Of a stretch of 64,000 nucleotides of DNA, positions 38,564 to 52,998 are shown piece by piece. The notes under the pieces are model-generated. The model did no database searches, was not told where the DNA came from, and was given only the letters and a program-made list of their open reading frames with translations. Every line of letters begins with the position of its first letter. Within the stretch, counting starts at the first letter, position 1. Source of the stretch: Strigamia acuminata (taxonomy: Eukaryota); NCBI GenBank assembly GCA_949358305.1, contig OX442314.1, positions 27,528,001 through 27,592,000 on the forward strand. The letters are read 5' to 3'. The position numbers were made by a program, and so were the translations under genes.

Positions 38564-41500
38564 TCGTATTCGACTCGTTTTCGAGTCGAATGCAAATTTT
38601 GCCCTTCTTTGACGCGAAATCGTATTCGACTCGTTTTCGAGTCGAATGCGAGTTTTGCCCTTCTTCAACGCGAAATCGTATTCGACTCGTTTTCGAGTCG
38701 AATGCGAATTTTGCCCTTTCTCAACGCGAAATCGTATTCGACTCGTTTTCGAGTCGAATGCGAGTTTTGCCCTTCTTCAACGCGAAATCGTATTCGACTC
38801 GTTTTCGAGTCGAATGCGAATTTTGCCCTTCTTCGACGCGAAATCGTATTCGACTCGTTTTCGAGTCGAATGCGAAATCGTATTCGACTCGTTTTCGAGT
38901 CGAATGCGAGTTTTGCCCTTCTTCAACGCGAAATCGTATTCGACTCGTTTTCGAGTCGAATGCGAATTTTGCCCTTTCTCAACGCGAAATCGTATTCGAC
39001 TCGTTTTCGAGTCGAATGCGAGTTTTGCCCTTCTTCAACGCGAAATCGTATTCGACTCGTTTTCGAGTCGAATGCGAATTTTGCCCTTCTTCAACGCGAA
39101 ATCGTATTCGACTCGTTTTCGAGTCGAATGCGAATTCGTATTCGACTCGTTTTCGAGTCGAATGCGAATTTTGCCCTTCTTCAACGCGAAATCGTATTCG
39201 ATTCGCTTTCGAATCGTATACGAGATGGTCGATTTTTGTTTCCCGGACTTTGATTTGTATTCGAGTTGTTACGAGTTCGTATTTTGATCGTATTCGTATT
39301 CGAATCGAATTCGAATCGTATTCGAATCGAATACGAATCGAATTCGAGTCGTATTCGAGATGGTCGATGATTTCCACTCGCTCGTATACGCGTTGTATAC
39401 GAGCTCGTATTTTGATCGTAATCGTAAACGAATCGTTTACAAGTCGTATACAAGTCGTATACGACGTGTATACACCTCGTATACGAACGAAGTTTGTGAA
39501 AACACAATTTCCAAATAAGACGTATGTGACTACTATGTGTTTTCATGTCGTAGTAAGTGTCCGGTGGATTTTCCAAACTTCGTTCGTATACGAGGTGTAT
39601 ACACGTCGTATACGACTTGTATACGACTTGTAAACGATTCGTTTACGATTACGATCAAAATACGAGCTCGTATACAACGCGTATACGAGCGAGTGGAAAT
39701 CATCGACCATCTCGAATGCGACTCGAATACGATTCGAATACATCTCGAATACATCTCGAATACGAGTCGTACGAGTCAAAGTCCGGGAACGGGTCATCGA
39801 CTATCTCGTATTCGAGTTGTTACGAGTTCGTATTTTGATCGTATTCGTATTCGAATCGAATTCGAATCGTATTCGAATCGAATACTAATCGAATTCGAGT
39901 CGTATTCGAGATGGTCGATGATTTCCACTCGCTCGTATACGCGTTGTATACGAGCTCGTATTTTGATCGTAATCGTAAACGAATCGTTTACAAGTCGTAT
40001 ACAAGTCGTATACGACGTGTATACACCTCGTATACGAACGAAGTTTGTGAAAACACAATTTCCAAATAAGACGTATGTGACTACTATGTGTTTTCATGTC
40101 GTAGTAAGTGTCCGGTGGATTTTCCAAACTTCGTTCGTATACGAGGTGTATACACGTCGTATACGACTTGTATACGACTTGTAAACGATTCGTTTACGAT
40201 TACGATCAAAATACGAGCTCGTATACAACGCGTATACGAGCGAGTGGAAATCATCGACCATCTCGAATGCGACTCGAATACGATTCGAATACATCTCGAA
40301 TACATCTCGAATACGAGTCGTACGAGTCAAAGTCCGGGAACGGGTCATCGACTATCTCGTATTCGAGTTGTTACGAGTTCGTATTTTGATCGTATTCGTA
40401 TTCGAATCGAATTCGAATCGTATTCGAATCGAATACTAATCGAATTCGAGTCGTATTCGAGATGGTCGATGATTTCCACTCGCTCGTATACGCGTTGTAT
40501 ACGAGCTCGTATTTTGATCGTAATCGTAAACGAATCGTTTACAAGTCGTATACAAGTCGTATACGACGTGTATACACCTCGTATACGAACGAAGTTTGTG
40601 AAAACACAATTTCCAAATAAGACGTATGTGACTACTATGTGTTTTCATGTCGTAGTAAGTGTCCGGTGGATTTTCCAAACTTCGTTCGTATACGAGGTGT
40701 ATACACGTCGTATACGACTTGTATACGACTTGTAAACGATTCGTTTACGATTACGATCAAAATACGAGCTCGTATACAACGCGTATACGAGCGAGTGGAA
40801 ATCATCGACCATCTCGAATGCGACTCGAATACGATTCGAATACATCTCGAATACATCTCGAATACGAGTCGTACGAGTCAAAGTCCGGGAACGGGTCATC
40901 GACTATCTCGTATTCGAGTTGTTACGAGTTCGTATTTTGATCGTATTCGTATTCGAATCGAATTCGAATCGTATTCGAATCGAATACTAATCGAATTCGA
41001 GTCGTATTCGAGATGGTCGATGATTTCCACTCGCTCGTATACGCGTTGTATACGAGCTCGTATTTTGATCGTAATCGTAAACGAATCGTTTACAAGTCGT
41101 ATACAAGTCGTATACGACGTGTATACACCTCGTATACGAACGAAGTTTGTGAAAACACAATTTCCAAATAAGACGTATGTGACTACTATGTGTTTTCATG
41201 TCGTAGTAAGTGTCCGGTGGATTTTCCAAACTTCGTTCGTATACGAGGTGTATACACGTCGTATACGACTTGTATACGACTTGTAAACGATTCGTTTACG
41301 ATTACGATCAAAATACGAGCTCGTATACAACGCGTATACGAGCGAGTGGAAATCATCGACCATCTCGAATGCGACTCGAATACGATTCGAATACATCTCG
41401 AATACATCTCGAATACGAGTCGTACGAGTCAAAGTCCGGGAACGGGTCATCGACTATCTCGTATTCGAGTTGTTACGAGTTCGTATTTTGATCGTATTCG

Positions 41501-43485
41501 TATTCGAATCGAATTCGAATCGTATTCGAATCGAATACTAATCGAATTCGAGTCGTATTCGAGATGGTCGATGATTTCCACTCGCTCGTATACGCGTTGT
41601 ATACGAGCTCGTATTTTGATCGTAATCGTAAACGAATCGTTTACAAGTCGTATACAAGTCGTATACGACGTGTATACACCTCGTATACGAACGAAGTTTG
41701 TGAAAACACAATTTCCAAATAAGACGTATGTGACTACTATGTGTTTTCATGTCGTAGTAAGTGTCCGGTGGATTTTCCAAACTTCGTTCGTATACGAGGT
41801 GTATACACGTCGTATACGACTTGTATACGACTTGTAAACGATTCGTTTACGATTACGATCAAAATACGAGCTCGTATACAACGCGTATACGAGCGAGTGG
41901 AAATCATCGACCATCTCGAATGCGACTCGAATACGATTCGAATACATCTCGAATACATCTCGAATACGAGTCGTACGAGTCAAAGTCCGGGAACGGGTCA
42001 TCGACTATCTCGTATTCGAGTTGTTACGAGTTCGTATTTTGATCGTATTCGTATTCGAATCGAATTCGAATCGTATTCGAATCGAATACTAATCGAATTC
42101 GAGTCGTATTCGAGATGGTCGATGATTTCCACTCGCTCGTATACGCGTTGTATACGAGCTCGTATTTTGATCGTAATCGTAAACGAATCGTTTACAAGTC
42201 GTATACAAGTCGTATACGACGTGTATACACCTCGTATACGAACGAAGTTTGTGAAAACACAATTTCCAAATAAGACGTATGTGACTACTATGTGTTTTCA
42301 TGTCGTAGTAAGTGTCCGGTGGATTTTCCAAACTTCGTTCGTATACGAGGTGTATACACGTCGTATACGACTTGTATACGACTTGTAAACGATTCGTTTA
42401 CGATTACGATCAAAATACGAGCTCGTATACAACGCGTATACGAGCGAGTGGAAATCATCGACCATCTCGAATGCGACTCGAATACGATTCGAATACATCT
42501 CGAATACATCTCGAATACGAGTCGTACGAGTCAAAGTCCGGGAACGGGTCATCGACTATCTCGTATTCGAGTTGTTACGAGTTCGTATTTTGATCGTATT
42601 CGTATTCGAATCGAATTCGAATCGTATTCGAATCGAATACTAATCGTATTCGAGTCGCATTCGAGATGGTCGATGATTTCCACTTGCTCGTATACGCGTT
42701 GTATACGAGCTCGTATTTTGATCGTAATCGTAAACGAATCGTTTACAAGTCGTATACAAGTTGTATACGACGTGTATACACCTCGTATACGAACGAAGTT
42801 TGGAAAATCCACCGGATACTTACTACGACATGAAAACACATAGTAGTCACATACGTCTTATTTGGAAATTGTGTTTTCACAAACTTCGTTCGTATACGAG
42901 GTGTATACACGTCGTATACAACTTGTATACGACTTGTAAACGATTCGTTTACGATTACGATCAAAATACGAGCTCGTATACAACGCGTATACGAGCGAGT
43001 GGAAATCATCGACCATCTCGAATACGACTCGAATTCGATTCGTATTCGATTCGAATACGATTCGAATTCGATTCGAATACGAATACGATCAAAATACGAA
43101 CTCGTAACAACTCGAATACGAATCAAAGTCCGGGAAACAAAAATCGACCATCTCGTATACGATTCGAAAGCGAATCGAATACGATTTCGCGTTGAAGAAG
43201 GGCAAAATTCGTACTCGACTCGAAAACGAGTCGAATACGATTTCGCGTTGAAGAAGGGCAAAACTCGTATTCGATTCGAAAGCGAGTCGAATACGATTTC
43301 GCGTTGAAGAAGGGCAAAATTCGCATTCGACTCGAAAACGAGTCGAATACGATTTCGCGTTGAAGAAGGGCAAAACTCGTATTCGATTCGAAAGCGAATC
43401 GAATACAATTTTGCGTTGAAAAAGGACAAAAATCGTATTCGATTCGCTTTCGAATCGAATACGAGTTTTGTCCTTTTTCAACGCT
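38564..43485. repeat. Palindromic satellite, copy 3
   Basis: Same length as copy 1, but the last spacer-B segment is in the opposite orientation. Confidence 0.95.
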
Positions 43486-45494
43486 TGGGAAAAGGACTCG
43501 AATGCGCCTCCACGTTGCAATGCGCATTTGTGTAAACGATGATGGAATCCCCTGCTTAAATACTGGCTATTGCGTCACGTAACAGCAACGTGCCACGTCA
43601 CGTAATTGCAACGTGCCGCGCTATGCCACACAATGTGCCGCCGCGATAGGCCATTGAACCCGAATGTGTGTGATGCGAAACGCGCGAGTACGCGCGCGGA
43701 GAACGCGCGGTAATGCTAGCAACAGGAGCGCAACTGCCCAAGAAATTGCTCAACAATAAAAGGCACGTGGAAGCACGTGCCTGAAACAATAGGCACTTCA
43801 AATAAAGTTATTGTTAAAAAACGGGCTTGAAAACCAACAATTACACAATAATTAAGGGGCAAGAAATGAACTTTGCTGCAATGCAAAGTTCTCAAAATAC
43901 AGAGAAATGAAAGTTACACTTGTATAAAGAATTGACAATGTTTGAAACCAATAAAAACTACAAAAACACACTTGTAAAAAACCCAAAACAATCCCAGAAT
44001 GAATTATTTGACTCAAATTAACCCTAAAACGGTCTTGGAGGTCGTGCAGACGACAGAGTCGGATCGGAAGGTTGCTAAAACCTGACGCCAAAACTAGCAA
44101 TGGGACAGCTAGTTAGAAAACAGCTTTTTCATCAATCATGAACGCTGAAAACCTCACCCAGGGGTAGAAAATGATGGAGAGAACGTTTTCGCCATCTAAA
44201 ACGGTCTAAAACGGGTCTAAAATGCCTAAACCGGCGCCTGGAACGTGGCGCAGTTGTTGGGTCAAATATTGTCAAAAATCAGTGGAAATTTGTCAAATAC
44301 TGGCAAAAATCTGCTGAAATTTGTCAAAAATTGCCAAATTTTGGCGCAAGTTACGTGAGGTTTGCGCGCATCCAACTATGACGAAAAATCCACGCGTGTG
44401 CACGCGCGATTTACTGGCGCGTTGGAAGCGTTAAAATAAATTTTTCCAATGTCTAACACAATTTGCACCGAATTATGGCAATTTTTGACAAATTTACATG
44501 GATTTTTGCCAGTATTTGACAAATTTCCACGGATTTTTGACAATATTTGACAAATTGCAGACAAATTTCAGACAAATTTCAATTAATTTTAGAAATTTTA
44601 TGAGAAATTTCAGCAAATGTTTGAGGATTGAGGAAATCTTCTGAAATTTGTCAAATATAGGCAAAAATCTTCTGAAATTTGTCAAATACAGGCAAAAATC
44701 TGCTGAAAATTGTCAAAAATTGCCCAAATTCCGTGCAAGTTTTGCAAGTTTTGCGCGCATCAAATCGTATGCGCGCCTATACTATTGCACGAGCGCATTG
44801 ACGCGTGATGAACACCGATTACGTTTACGAAGTGAATTCGAGCTACAAAAGTATCGAGTCGCCATTCTATGATGGAAAAAAAAAATTAAGTGTAAACAAA
44901 CAAAATAAAAACTTTAATATACAAGAAACGTACAATTCCACTCAACTTTGTTTCAAATTTTATTTATTGGATCATTGAAAATAAACAGTAGTGTTGTGCA
45001 CTGTACGCTTAAGTGTTTACCGGCGATGCGTTGTTTTGTGGTGGGGATTTGCCTCGATAATTGATCTTTTCTCTTTGTTTGCAATATTTTTTTGGCCTTT
45101 TTTGTTGATTTTTCGGTTTGAAATTGTTTTTTTTCCGGTGTAATTTAAGTGGTGGAAGGTTGTTGGGGTGTGTTGAGGGTAATTTTGGCGGTTTTTGGGT
45201 CGGGATTAGTGTTTTCTGCGATTTTTGATCGGTATTTGGGGTAACGCATGCGAATCGCCGTCGATGCGTCGACCGTAGCAAGTGTGGTTGAAGTGATTTC
45301 GTTCATTCGTTATTTTAATGAAAATTAGGTATTTATTGTGACCACACGAGCACGTAGCAAGTGCGCGCGCAAGTTAAATGTGTAGAGGCCTGTGAGAAAA
45401 TAAAACGTGCGTGGAAGCGGCGTAAATATTCTTTGGTGACTGCCATGGGTTTGTGCTTTGTCGTGGGCGCGATATGTCTGCGATATATATGCGT

Positions 45495-45886
45495 TAGGGA
45501 TGAGAACGGGACCAATTTTCGGGTCCCGACCCGTCCCGGGTCCATTACGTTAGCGTAATACGCGCGTATGATTGCATAATTGAAATAAATCAGTATTAAG
45601 CCTAATATTAGGCCTAATAATGCTAAAATAAAGTAAAGAAACAACAATATTTTGGTCATACAGTGTAATTTACTTTTAATAATGAGTTTGTTGTTGTTGT
45701 TTATTTACTTTATTTTAGCATTATCAGGCTCAATATTAGGCTTAATAGTGATAAATAACAACTGGAATTAGAAAATTGTCTCCGCCTCGCAGTACGAATT
45801 TAGCAACTGTAATCCCGTCCCGTCCCGTATCCGCATAGGGCAAACATTACCAGTCCAGTCCCTATCCCGGTCCGTTCTTATCCCTA
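45495..45886. mobile_element. hAT-type MITE, copy 3
   Basis: Same element and TSD at offset +29,525. Confidence 0.85.
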
Positions 45887-48800
45887 ATATGCGTGATGTA
45901 GCGCGTTTGCGCGCGCGATCTAGTGCGTTTGAGCGCGCGATGTAGCACCTTGAGCGTGTCCAAATGTGTACAGGTGCTCAAAAGATGTGCGAGGGCTTCA
46001 CGTGCATACACGAAGCATAAACGTGAAGAAAACAGCAGAAGCAGTTGTGTGTGATATTTATAAAACCACATCACACAAGGGAATACTACTAATGATACAA
46101 AAAGCAATAAACTTTATGAATATTGAAATAAACTTACAAAATGGTGGAAAAAACATGGCGTACTGCCTTGAATATATGCCGGGATGTTATCAATCTTCCG
46201 GGCCCCATGTGTGTTTGATTTTAGTCCTAATTTTGGTGTATTTTTTTTTTTTTGCCTTGGTTTTTCTCGTTTCTTGGAGAGTGCTGAGGCATGCCGAGGT
46301 GTTCTCGGGCGTGTGCGCCTGTTGAAGATCGAGCGTTTCATATTTTGTGTTTAATAAGCCTACCGTGGTGCCTCGAGCGTTTATTAATTTCTCCACTCGA
46401 GGCACTTCACTAACACCTCCCCGGTGTTTAAACGAGTAGCGGCGCTTATTTGACCCCGGTGTTTACTGTTTAAAATTGTCGTGTGTTTTCAAAGTTCTTA
46501 ATTTGTTTAAAAGCAAACAAAATGGATATTTGTTAATTTTTATTTGATTTTATCAATTTCTATTGGTTTCTTGCTGATTTTTAATCGGTTTTTCTCTATT
46601 TGTGACAATTTTTGCCAATTTTAATCGTTATTTGTCATTCTGAATTGATTATTGTCCGATTTCAGTCGATTTTTGTTGATTTTTAATCATGTTTGTTCGT
46701 TTTTAATCAATTTTTGTCCCATGCCTTACGATCAGTTCGAATAATTGACACCATACTGTGCTGTTACTCGTATTCAAGATGGCGTCGCAAACTCAAGGCC
46801 GAATTCCGCTGATTTCATTTATTGCGACTGTTTGCGCTCCATACGTGTGAAAAGGATTATGGGAAAAATCCTCAATGCAGGCCATTTTGGTGTTAAATGA
46901 GCGAGGAAGGCAGGAGATGAGAAAAATTTGTAAAATTTCAAAAAAAAGCTAAACAATCAAAATTTACATGAAGATCAATATTTCTGGCTCGAAATGCATG
47001 TATCAGCAATTTCGGGATATTTTCGGGGTGAAATTGACTCGTTCGGAACACTGGGAAGGAACCCCACCCCGCATTCCCCATGCGTCGGCGCGCGCGTAGA
47101 CGAAAATTCAAATCCAGGTGTTCAGACGGCCCCACGTTATTTTCGGGTTCCAAGTTGGGTTTCACAAATGTACCGTATTGCCTCGAATAAACGCCGGGAC
47201 GTTTATTAAACTTCTCGTGTGTGTTTAATTTTGATCCGCATTTAACTGTTTTTTTTTTCACCGAAAGTTACTTCATTTTTTATTAACATGGAAAAAAAAT
47301 GAACCTTTACAAAATACTAATAATAACGTTATAATAAGCAGTTACAATTGAAATTAAAACAACATTTTTTTTTTAATTAGAAACCAAAGCAGAATCATCC
47401 CTAAATTCTGACACGGCGTTGTCAAACAAACAGTTGGCGCCAAAACGAGAAATTAGGCAACAAAACATTTTGAATGCTACAAAAACACATTAAATAACCA
47501 TAAAACAAATAAAAATAAATACAACAGCTAAACCAAATTGTAATAAACAAGACAGCAAAGTGCGGGAGTGAGTGACAACGCCAAAAAAACGCCCGAAAAC
47601 GCCCCAAGAACGCACCAAAACGCCCCAAGAACGCACCAAAACGCCAGATAACCGTGCAACTTGAGGCAAAAAACATGCAAACATAATTTTTTGCTTTGAG
47701 TGGCACGATTTTCAGGCTTTTTGGAGCATTTTGAAGCGTTTTGGGGCGTTTTAGAACGTTTTTGCTTATTTTTTAGCATTCTCATGCGAGCTCGCGCGTG
47801 CAGGCGAGAAAAAAACAAACTTATTTCTTCAAGAGTTAAAAAAAAAATAACCCTAACCAGGAAATTACTGTAAAAACAACGGCTTGCCTCGAATAAACGC
47901 CGGGGCGTTTACTAATTTTCAAGACTGGAAGTGAGGCGAGATGTTGTTTGCTTTATTTGTTGAAACAAATTAGGCGTCACTAATTCACCTGTATTAGGGT
48001 TTCGGTTCTGAGAAACCGGACGAGGAGTCACAATAACGGGACACGGGAAATTTCAAAACTTACCGGTTTCGTCAAAACGCCATTGAAACGTTACATTTTT
48101 ATAGCGTGTCAATGATAAAAATGGTCATTTTGGATGAAAAACGGCCATTTTGGATGAAAAATGGCCACTTTTACTATAAAAAATGGCTGAAAATGGCCAT
48201 TTTTACTATGACAAATGGCTGAAAATGGCCATTTTAATAAAAAAAGGCCATTTTTACTTCGAAAATTGGCTAAAAATGGCCACTTGAGTGAGTGACAATG
48301 CCAAAAAACGCGTGCAAACGCCTGCGAACGCCCCAAAACGCCCCAAAACGCCAGATGACAATGCAACTTGAGGCATAAAACTTGAAAACACAATTTTAAA
48401 CGTCACAAAAGTTGAAACAAAGATGAAAAATTAATTTTTTGCCTCAAGTTGCGCGATTTTCAGGCCTTTTGGAGTGTTTTTGAGCATTTTTTGGCGTTCT
48501 CAGCGGCGTGTTTGCCTCAAATAAACGCCGGTTTAAACAAAAAATGACGTCATTTTTGGTTTAAAATTGAAGTAAAACACAAAATATTTTAGTTTTTAAA
48601 TGCAACTGGTCTAAATTTTGTCAAATGTTGTCATACTTCTTGAAAGTCATCATTTATTGATAAAAAATTTGAAAATTTACCTAATTGTAGCATGTATTTG
48701 TGGTTAGTTTTGATTTGAATTCAAACTGTAATTTTTTGCTTCGAGTTGCGCGATTTTCAGGCGTTTTGGGGCGTTTTTGAGCTTTTTTTGGCGTCCTCGG

Positions 48801-51800
48801 GCGAGCTCGCGCGTGCACGTCACAAGTAACCCTAATCAGGAAAGAACCTACAAAAACTATGGCTTGCCTCGCATAAACGCCGGGGCGTTTATTCATTTTC
48901 AAAAAGACAAATGAAATGGATAAATAAAGAAATTAGCGGGGAAATCCAGCATGGCGCCCACTTCAAATCCGCTAGAGCGGCAAAACACGACATTTGAATT
49001 TCAACACAAGAATAAAATCAAGAATACACACTGTATTGAATAAAATAACATTAGGAAATGTAATTTCCTACAACAAAAGCACTATTTATTAAAAGAACAC
49101 TTGAAAATAATCGTTTGCCGAACGGAATGAACTCGGTCAGCAGCGCACAAGTGCGTACCGACAACGAACGCTCGAAACGACAAAACGACCGTTCCGGGAC
49201 AAAAATAAAGCAAACCAATCGACAGATCACCCCCAAATTAGTCTAAATCAATTCTAAAACCTATCCATAACACAAGAATAAGGTCCAAACAAAAGGTTAG
49301 AAGTTTGAACACAACCGAACTAGATTAAGAAATATGACGTCACGCGTCTTACGCAAGTGATCTGTAAATCGACGAATGCACTAAAAATCATCCAAAATCA
49401 CACAAAATGAGCAAGAATTAAAGAAATAAGACACAGAGAAGTAATAAAACTTTAAATAGCAATGAATAAAGATAATATCAATATCATAGACACTAAAATT
49501 CATGAAAACACTGTAACTTTTAATAAATCACAAAAAATGAAAGTTTAATATGTAAAAATATCTAAAAAGCTGAAATTCAAGAAAAGCAAAAATTAAAGAC
49601 ACTTTGTTAACTTTAATTAAGACAATAAATGACATAAAATCCGGACACAACAATTATTCCATTTTGGATGAAAAACGGCCCTTTTGGATGAAAAACGGCC
49701 ATTTTGGATGAAAAACGGCTAAAAATGACCATTTTTCTATGAAAAATGGCTAAAAATGGCTAAAAATGGCCATTTGATTGAATGACAACGCCAAAAAACG
49801 CCCAAGAACGCCCGCAAATGCCTAAAAATGCCTAAAAACGCCCCAAAACGCAAAATGACAATGCAACTTGAGGCAAAAAACATGAGAACACAATTGTAAA
49901 CGTTACAAAAGTTGAAACAAAAATAAACAATTAATGTTTTGCCTCGAGTTGCACGATTTTCAGGCGTTTTGGAGTATTTTTTGGCGTTCTCAGGCGTACT
50001 CGCGCGTACACGTCACTGCCGAGTAAAAAAAACATACTTATTTCTTCAAGAGTTAAAAAGGAAGTAACCCTAATCAGGAAAAAAAATGCAAAAACAATGG
50101 CTTGCCTCGAACAAACGCCAGAAGTGAGGCGAGATGTTGTTTGCTTTATTTATTAAATCAAATTAGGCGTTGCTAATTCACCTGTATCTCTTAGTTCGAC
50201 GTAAGAACACGCGCTTTTTTTAAAATGAAAGCCCAAGTTGGGTTTCATAAACGTACCGTATTGCCTTGAATAAAAGCCGGGGTGTTTATTAATTTTTAAG
50301 ACCAGAAACGAGGCGAGATCACGACTCAAGATTAAACGAGAAGAAATAAACGTGTTTCTTCTAAAGGAAGTAACCCTAATCAGGAAAAACTTACATAAAC
50401 AATGGTTTGCCTTGAATAAACGCCGGGGCGTTTATAAATTTTCAAGACGGGAGGCAAGGTGAGATGATGATGCGGTGCGACGCGAATAAAAGCCCAAGTT
50501 GGGTATTGCCTCGAATAAACGCCGGGGCGTTTATTAATTTTCAAAACCGGAAATGAGGCGAGATCAAAACGCCATTGAAACGTTACATTTTAATAACGTT
50601 TCAACGATAAAAACGGCCATTTTTGATTAAAAAAACGACTAAAAATGGCCATTTTACTATAAAAACGGTGAAAAAAAAACATTTTTACTCTGAAAAATGG
50701 CTAAAAATGGCCATTTTGACGAAAAACGGCCATTTTTACTACGGAAAATGCTAAAAATGGCCACTTGAGTGAGTGACAACGCCAAAAAACGCCTGCGAAC
50801 GCCTGCGAACACATAAAAACACTCCAAAACGCCAGATGACAATGCAACTTGAGGCAAAAAACATGAGAACACAATTTTAAACGTCACAAAAGTTGAAATA
50901 AAGATGAAAAATTAATGTTTTGCCTCGAGTTGCGCGATTTTCAGGCGTTTTTGAGCGTTTTTTAGCATTTTTTGGCGTTCTCAGGCGTGCTCGTGTGTAC
51001 ACGTCACTGCCGAAGAAAAAAACAAACTTATTTCTTTTAGTTAAAATGTATTTCAAGCTTTAACAGGGGTTTAAACAGGAAATGACATCATTTTTAGTTT
51101 AAAATTGAAGTAAAACACAAAATATTTTAGTTTTTGAATGCAACTGATCCACGTTATGTCAAATGTTTCCATTACTTCTTGAAAGCCAAAAAATTTGAAA
51201 ATTTAGCTAATTTCAGCATGTATTTGTAGCTAGTTTTGATTTGAATACACACTGTAATGTTTTGCCTCGAGTTGCGCGATTTTCAGGCGTTTTGGGACGT
51301 TTTGGAGCAAAAAAAACAAACTTAATTCTTCAAGAGTTAAAAAGGAAGTAATCCTAATCAGGAAAAGCCCACAAAAAACAATGCAAGATCACGCGGTACG
51401 ACGCACGGACTCCCAGCGCACGGAATGCACGGACTTTCTGTGGACTTTCCGTGCACGGAAGACCGGCGCGGACATTTCCATTGGAGACCAGCGCAGAATT
51501 ACCTACAGGCAATTCCGAATCAAAGGCTTCTTTATGGTTTATACATTACTTTGCAGTAGGTATGCCTGGCCTTGATTTGAAAGTGCAGTAAATTCTGCTG
51601 AATGCAGTGTTTTAAACTCGCAGCAATTGCGATGGTGCCAACTATTGGAAAATAAATTTAAAATGTAAAACCAAAGAATTTGTAAAAAAAATTTGTTTTA
51701 ATCAATTGCAATAATGATATTCTACTTAATTGTTGGATTATGAAACGTGAAACCAATCCCATGATTAGGAAATATAAATTTTATTAAATTCATCGTGTAT

Positions 51801-52998
51801 CTCACATCTCACATTCACTGCCATTTACTTAGTGTCATCCAAAAATCAGGTTTTATCAAATCCTGAGGTTATTCTAGTACGTCTTAACTGCCCGGCAGGT
51901 CGCGCAACCTGTGGAGCAACAATTGATGTAAATAGTGCAAGCAGCACGCACGGGAAAGTGCGCACTGATGGGTCCATGCCAGTGCAAGTACATTGGGTAA
52001 TGTATTATTGCGAGCGCGCGTGTTTTCACACGATTACAATGTGCTGATTAAACCAACAGCATTATAGAAGCATTATAGACTGATTATATTGTATAATTTT
52101 TATTTTAACAAAACCCTGAATTTCATTTCTAATCGGTTTTTTTTTTTATTGACGCGCACAGAAGCGTTGTAGCATGTTCACACAATGTGGAATTTGCAAA
52201 TTTGAGAAAGCGGCTTTCCCAAGGTTGATAAAACGCGCGCGATCGTGCGGAATATACAAATAAGTGAAATCCGCAAAATCAGCCATGAGACTGCGAACAG
52301 GGGGTCAAGGTATAGGCCGCCGTAATGTTAAAAATAGGGTCCCTTTCGCACTCCGAGAAATCCGCATGCGCGCCATAAGGTTAACTCTTTATTAATTGGA
52401 TAAACACGAGTCATTACACCGGATTATTTTATGCGAATGCTATAACATGAATTAATTCAGTAATATCAGAACAGCTTAATAACGATTAAAATCTTATGGT
52501 AATCAGGTGGTAATCGGAAAAAAGACCAATTTAAGTTTTCGTGCATTCAAAACAATACTTTGGCTCCGTAAGGAAACATGTGTATTTGTAAGGTGAATAA
52601 AAATGCATTCAGATGTAGTATAAATTTGAATTACAAAGTGGTAAAATGCAAAACTGACCTCAAGTCAAATTGAACAAATAGGGTTAAACAGCAAAAGTAA
52701 AGGTTTTTTTTGTAAATAATTGTTTTGTTGATGTAATAAACGTGATCAAGGTTTAATTGCAAGTACTGGATGCAGCAAAATATAAAAATAGGTGAAAAAA
52801 TTATTATCTTTGTGCATGAATTAATTGCTCGTGATTTTCGTTAGAATTGTATGTTTGGGAATTTAGTTGCATCGCTCAATTACAGAAATTGCTTTAAAAT
52901 GTCAGTGTACAAATTTTACTTATTTGAAAATTTGAAGTAACACATTATTATATTACATATTACATATTGCACATCTGAATGATATTATTACAAAATAA

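Larger units (their letters stand above)
38204..52380. mobile_element. Large non-coding repeat unit, copy 3 (14,177 bp)
   Basis: Offset of 29,525 from copy 1 throughout. Ends ...GCGCGCCATAAGG followed by TTAA. Confidence 0.8.

Noticed and set aside
8679..52380. rDNA or histone-gene tandem array, suggested by unit size and subrepeats
   Set aside because: I recognised no 18S, 5.8S, 28S or 5S sequence and no histone ORFs in the unit.
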